Source: Octopus vulgaris (lineage: Eukaryota). From it: 64,000 nt of DNA. The notes under the pieces are model-generated. The model saw nothing but the letters and a program-made list of their open reading frames with translations. It made no database searches and had not been told where the DNA came from. Positions 62,854-64,000 of this stretch are shown piece after piece. Numbering within the stretch: the first letter of the stretch is position 1; the number at the start of each line of letters is the position of its first letter. The DNA is taken from positions 22,878,001 through 22,942,000 of the forward strand of contig OX597839.1 of NCBI GenBank assembly GCA_951406725.2, written 5' to 3'. Made by a program: the position numbers and the translations under genes.

Positions 62854-63339
62854 AATATAGAAAAATATATACACATAACACACGAAAGACACATAGCAGC
62901 AGCAGCAGCAGCGGCAGCAGCCTCCTCAGCGTCGGCAGCGTCAGCAGCACGGTGGCTGTGTAGCCTTCTGCAACGGCATCGCACAATATATATGCAGATC
63001 CCCTTTGATTAATGGAGCGTAGACATGAATGCATTCATGAGGAATTAGCAATAGAAAAGCCCAGCGTTGATGTTAAAGCTAGAGGCCAGCAAACGGAGTT
63101 TAGTTGGCTGGCCTCTCACTCGAAGCCGCTTTCATTGCTAAACATGATAGACAATTTATAGAATGCTCCTTTATACTGTCTGGACCACCAGAGACACACG
63201 GCTTCTTACCAAGCTCTCTCTCTCTCTCTCTCTCTCTCATTCCTCCCCTCTTTCTTTCTCTCTCCCTCTTAGTAAGAGCAGATTTTTTTGTCTTTATTTT
63301 TTTATATGTGTGTGCGTAAGTACATGTATTTGCTTATTC

Positions 63340-64000
<661 letters not shown>

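Overview
AT-rich, microsatellite-saturated eukaryotic intronic or intergenic DNA. It is most likely octopus or another cephalopod, inferred from octopus-type tRNA-derived SINEs and a divergent 18S fragment. No intact protein-coding gene is visible, and nearly all long ORFs are translations of simple repeats. The window is a graveyard of transposons: at least four SINE families, RTE, CR1 and R4/Dong LINE 3' remnants, Helitrons, a Helentron-type element, and mariner, pogo, hAT and piggyBac MITEs. The most notable signals are four. (1) A set of type I hammerhead ribozyme motifs with palindromic stem III, of Penelope/retrozyme type. Two loci (6.6-6.9 kb and 56.3-56.7 kb) carry divergently oriented pairs with unusually long 52-54 nt stem-loop II, one pair forming a 285-bp palindrome, and a compact near-intact copy lies at 34.5 kb. 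(2) A ~190-bp 18S rRNA fragment sandwiched between ~200-bp direct duplications. (3) A stack of R4/Dong 3' ends inside (AAT)n. (4) A 33-nt minus-strand micro-exon candidate with textbook splice signals. All calls were made by eye; boundaries of old repeats are approximate.
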